47,955 nucleotides of DNA, from positions 1 through 47,955 of the forward strand of contig JASHVE010000441.1 of NCBI GenBank assembly GCA_030039675.1, in the 5' to 3' direction. Below are positions 45,801-47,955 of this stretch, in pieces (position 1 is the first letter of the stretch; every line of letters begins with the position of its first letter). Origin of the DNA: Acidobacteriaceae bacterium. GTDB taxonomy: Bacteria > Acidobacteriota > Terriglobia > Terriglobales > Acidobacteriaceae. The position numbers and the translations under genes are program-made. Below the pieces are notes generated by a model that worked only from the letters and a program-made list of their open reading frames with translations, was not told the origin of the DNA and did no database searches.

Positions 45801-46537
45801 CCATCGAATCGATCGCGGCCGCCGAAGAAGAGCCGCTTCCATCGACTGCAGCAGAACCCGGTGCGCCGTTACGGCGATTGCCATCGAAATTTCAGTTACA
45901 GCAAACCGCAGATACGGATGCGGAGCGCGCAATACCAATAGTGGGGGCGACCCAGCTGTACGAGCGACACGAGGGCGGAGTCTTCTCTCGCGCGCTGGGA
46001 ACCGCCGTGCACTCACTGCTCGAAGAACTGGCACGGCTGCGTGTGAACGCCGATTGGGATGCAGCACGGGCGGCGCTCGCACGTGTGGAGCCGCGCGTAA
46101 CGGCGCAGGTGCGGGGCGCGGGCATCGAGCGATCACAGGCCGCTCGGATTGCCGTCAGAGCTATGGAGTTCGCTCTCAAGGCTTCGCACGACTCCGCCGG
46201 GCAGTGGATTCTTTCGCCGCACGCAGATGCTGCCAGCGAGATCCGCTGGGCGGGAATGGTAGCCGGCAGCCTGCGCACCGTACAGGTAGATCGCGTCTTT
46301 CGCGGCGGAGAGGAGCCGCTGGGCGCAGGCGACAGAGTGTGGTGGGTGATCGATTACAAGACGGCGCACGAAGACGCTCTGGATCCACAGACCGTTCTTC
46401 CACGACTAAGAAAGATCTTTGCGCCGCAGGTTGAATCGTATGCGCAGGTGCTGCGCAATCTGCACGGAACGGACGCGATCATCCGCGGCGGCATTTACTA
46501 TCCGCGCATGATGCAGTTTGACTGGTGGGAGATTTGA
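42884..46537 (+). CDS. addA: AddA-like UvrD/SF1 helicase-nuclease
   Basis: APAGSGKT, DEFQDT, VGDPMQSIY.FR, TIHKSKGLE, YVAATRA; C-terminal GTAVH...VDR...IDYKT...Q..Y nuclease motifs. Confidence 0.92.
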   Translation: MPSVSPVRLPPPDQKERERALDASRCVLVRAPAGSGKTDLLTRRFLRLLAAVDEPGQIVAITFTKAAATEMRHRILEKLEKAAVSDAADSEGDEFSMEALARRALKRSHARGWNLLDLPAQLRISTIDSFCRELALQQPLLSGLGGGLEIAEQPQELYRRAARRTLEAIGGSDASLRESIEALLLWRDNGWHEIESQLIEMLETRDRWMHEFVVVRNPDWNALRERLEWPFRESVAAALTELNRLLDQVPGARNEILELARFACDQTEGALHGGLAELAELPDASFESAEELEAAQQACACLAAFLLTNDGNFRERVDKRLGFPADRKREKERLLRVIADLRGLPGLEAALAAIRELPPARYSDEDWRVLRAAFTLLRRAAAELKVVFAETGTADYIEVAQIAERVLTGENEIPSEAALAVADGVRHLLVDEFQDTSRRQHRLLGRLIGAWSERQNRSCFVVGDPMQSIYFFRDADAELFPRVERMGLDIPHDLPLKFDSVRLFANFRTARPLVEKLNETFARIFDQNDGSGITFSSAEPSRRERAQAELQIVTETGPRMELHLEFISQNRTRATGPDAVRESLRISKTHETARESQTEEIVHVIREHLVHMEQARAAGAKYRIAVLGRTRRALVPIAEALRSAKIPFRAVELEGLKDRPEVLDALALVRALFNPQDRVAWLGVLRAPWCGLSLEDLHRLVSADDPELQKQPVSALLAERQTLLSGEGRAAVERVLLAIASVPHLRFAQPIASPGSWIEQVWLRLGGAQCVDAAGRANVNLLWRALDSLPEGELDLLGPALDAALDKLTALPDPAADADVGVQLMTIHKSKGLEFEAVLVPDLQARSAQGNLKLLSWLERGLAEPDASGEPTEFLVAPLQSKGTEGGSAKAWVDRVYRERERQEMRRLLYVAATRAREELHLFARPSYKEEEDGSFSLVNPRDSLLATAWPALETEIQTRFAAWSDRAAASSTIESIAAAEEEPLPSTAAEPGAPLRRLPSKFQLQQTADTDAERAIPIVGATQLYERHEGGVFSRALGTAVHSLLEELARLRVNADWDAARAALARVEPRVTAQVRGAGIERSQAARIAVRAMEFALKASHDSAGQWILSPHADAASEIRWAGMVAGSLRTVQVDRVFRGGEEPLGAGDRVWWVIDYKTAHEDALDPQTVLPRLRKIFAPQVESYAQVLRNLHGTDAIIRGGIYYPRMMQFDWWEI

Positions 46538-46557
46538 GAGCGATGCTTCCGAGGTCT

Positions 46558-46596
46558 CCCACCCTTTCCGCAAAAGGCGCGGAAAGGATGGGGCAC
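46558..46596 (+). repeat. REP-like palindrome, copy 3, between convergent genes
   Basis: CCCACCCTTTCCGCAAAAGGCGCGGAAAGGATGGGGCAC. Confidence 0.85.
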
Positions 46597-46625
46597 GGAG
46601 CTCTTGCTACTGCACGGAATGATTG

Positions 46626-47663
46626 CTACTGCAGGCTGGTCATCAGGCTTTCAAGCGCGCTCTTGGGCGGCCGCGTCAGCGACTCAGGCAGCGTGGCAAG
46701 CGGTTCACCGACCAAGTTTAGCAGATCGATGAAGCTCGGCTTCTTGGTGTCGATGTAGAAGACGCCGGTCAGCACTTCGCCCTTTTCGTGCGCGTCCATC
46801 AGCGTGCGCACGGCCTTCGCTTTGTCGGTGGGATCGTAGTCTTCCAGCAGTTTGCGGAGCCGCAGACTCGACCCATCATGCATTTGCACATCGAAGACCT
46901 CGCCGGAGCTGTAATCAACTTCAATGTCTTCGAAGCTCGGCACAAAGCCGATCTCGTTGATCGCTTCGTCGTGCTCCTGCAGGAACTTGTAACTCTTGGT
47001 CGACCCTTCGTGATCGTTGAACGTAACGCAGGGGCTGATCACGTCGAGCATGACGGTTCCTTTATGCGCGACGGCGGCCTTCAGCATGGCCAGCAACTGC
47101 TTCTTGTCACCGGAGAACGAGCGGCCCACGAAGGTAGCGCCCAACTGGATGGCAAGCGCGCAGGTGTCGATGGCCGGCAGATCATTGATCACGCCGGTTT
47201 TGAGCTTGGAGCCGATGTCTGCCGTAGCCGAGAACTGGCCCTTGGTCAATCCGTAGACGCCGTTGTCCTCGATGATATAGATCATAGGCAGGTTGCGGCG
47301 CAGCAGATGCACGAATTGGCCCATCCCGATCGAGGCTGTGTCGCCGTCGCCCGAGACGCCAAGAGCCATCACGGTGTGATTGCCCAGCAGCGCGCCGGTC
47401 GTGACCGAAGGCATGCGGCCGTGCACGCTGTTAAAGGAGTGCGAGCGGCTCATGAAGTAGGCGGGGCTCTTCGATGAGCAGCCGATGCCGCTCATCTTGA
47501 TGACCCGCTCCGGCTCGACAGCCATCTCGAACATGGCATCGATGATGCGCTCGGAGATCGCGTTATGGCCGCAGCCGGCGCAGAGCGTCGACTTGCCGCC
47601 GCGGTATTCAACGACCGGAAGGCCAATATGATTCAACTTCGGACCGGGTGTTGCGGTAGCCAT
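46626..47663 (-). CDS. 2-oxoacid:ferredoxin oxidoreductase, beta subunit
   Basis: CAGCGH, SGIGCS, VHGR, GDGD..NGVYGLTKGQ TPP motif, SPCVTFN. Confidence 0.95.
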   Translation of the reverse strand: MATATPGPKLNHIGLPVVEYRGGKSTLCAGCGHNAISERIIDAMFEMAVEPERVIKMSGIGCSSKSPAYFMSRSHSFNSVHGRMPSVTTGALLGNHTVMALGVSGDGDTASIGMGQFVHLLRRNLPMIYIIEDNGVYGLTKGQFSATADIGSKLKTGVINDLPAIDTCALAIQLGATFVGRSFSGDKKQLLAMLKAAVAHKGTVMLDVISPCVTFNDHEGSTKSYKFLQEHDEAINEIGFVPSFEDIEVDYSSGEVFDVQMHDGSSLRLRKLLEDYDPTDKAKAVRTLMDAHEKGEVLTGVFYIDTKKPSFIDLLNLVGEPLATLPESLTRPPKSALESLMTSLQ

Positions 47664-47955
47664 TACAAGCCCTCCTTGGTCGCGAACTCTTCGGTGATGC
47701 TGCGGGCGTCGAGCGGCAATCCGTTGTAGTGCAGGATGCTGCGCAGCTTGACGACCTGCTCTGCAGGAAGATCGAGTTTGAGCAGGCTGGCCAGTTGCGC
47801 GTCGCGGTTCTGCTCCACAACGTAAACACGCTCGTGAGAGGCCACGAAGTCGTGGATCTCATGCGCGAACGGATACGCGCGGATGCGCATGTAGTCCACG
47901 CTCTGGCCGTATTCGGTCTTGATCTGGTCGAGGCTCTCGTGCAGTGCAAAGTCGG
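47663..47955 (-). CDS. 2-oxoacid:acceptor oxidoreductase, alpha subunit (C-terminal part; starts outside the window)
   Basis: RIRAYPF...VYVVEQNRDAQL...HYNGLP; TAATG coupling to the beta subunit. Confidence 0.9.
   Translation of the reverse strand, partial: DFALHESLDQIKTEYGQSVDYMRIRAYPFAHEIHDFVASHERVYVVEQNRDAQLASLLKLDLPAEQVVKLRSILHYNGLPLDARSITEEFATKEGL

Noticed and set aside
15704-46537. DNA-repair island (polA, recG, nfo, addAB)
   Set aside because: The genes are scattered over 30 kb among unrelated housekeeping genes, with no island boundaries.

Overview
GC-rich bacterial core-chromosome segment, most likely Acidobacteriota (Acidobacteriaceae-like). The lineage is inferred from gene content and repeat style, not from a database search. 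About 34 CDSs, mostly housekeeping: a ThiE-like protein (partial), a DinB-superfamily protein, a PQQ dehydrogenase with two heme-c domains, accC/accB, an M24 peptidase, a small Xis/BldC-like HTH protein, an M48 protease, a membrane PP2C phosphatase, an M1 aminopeptidase, msrA, polA, queA, ABC transporters, an AAA+ ATPase, recG, acpS, MlaD, leuS, nfo, IclR, a KdgK-like kinase, a CusF-SCO fusion, addAB and 2-oxoacid:ferredoxin oxidoreductase. I found no integrase, transposase, CRISPR array, rRNA or intact tRNA. The most interesting signals are non-coding or sub-genic. (1) A ~170-nt rod-shaped, 6S-like candidate RNA (7566-7738) lies upstream of the Xis/BldC-like gene, and both apparent promoters carry ~10-bp-phased repeats. 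(2) Inverted heptamer arrays and other 7-8-nt tandem arrays occupy several spacers. (3) There are two REP-like families and a decayed palindrome inserted in-frame in leuS. (4) A LexA-type box precedes the DinB-family gene. (5) Many genes, including polA, recG, nfo and addB, look leaderless. (6) RecG has an insertion with a clamp-binding-like motif. All RNA structure and promoter calls were made by eye.
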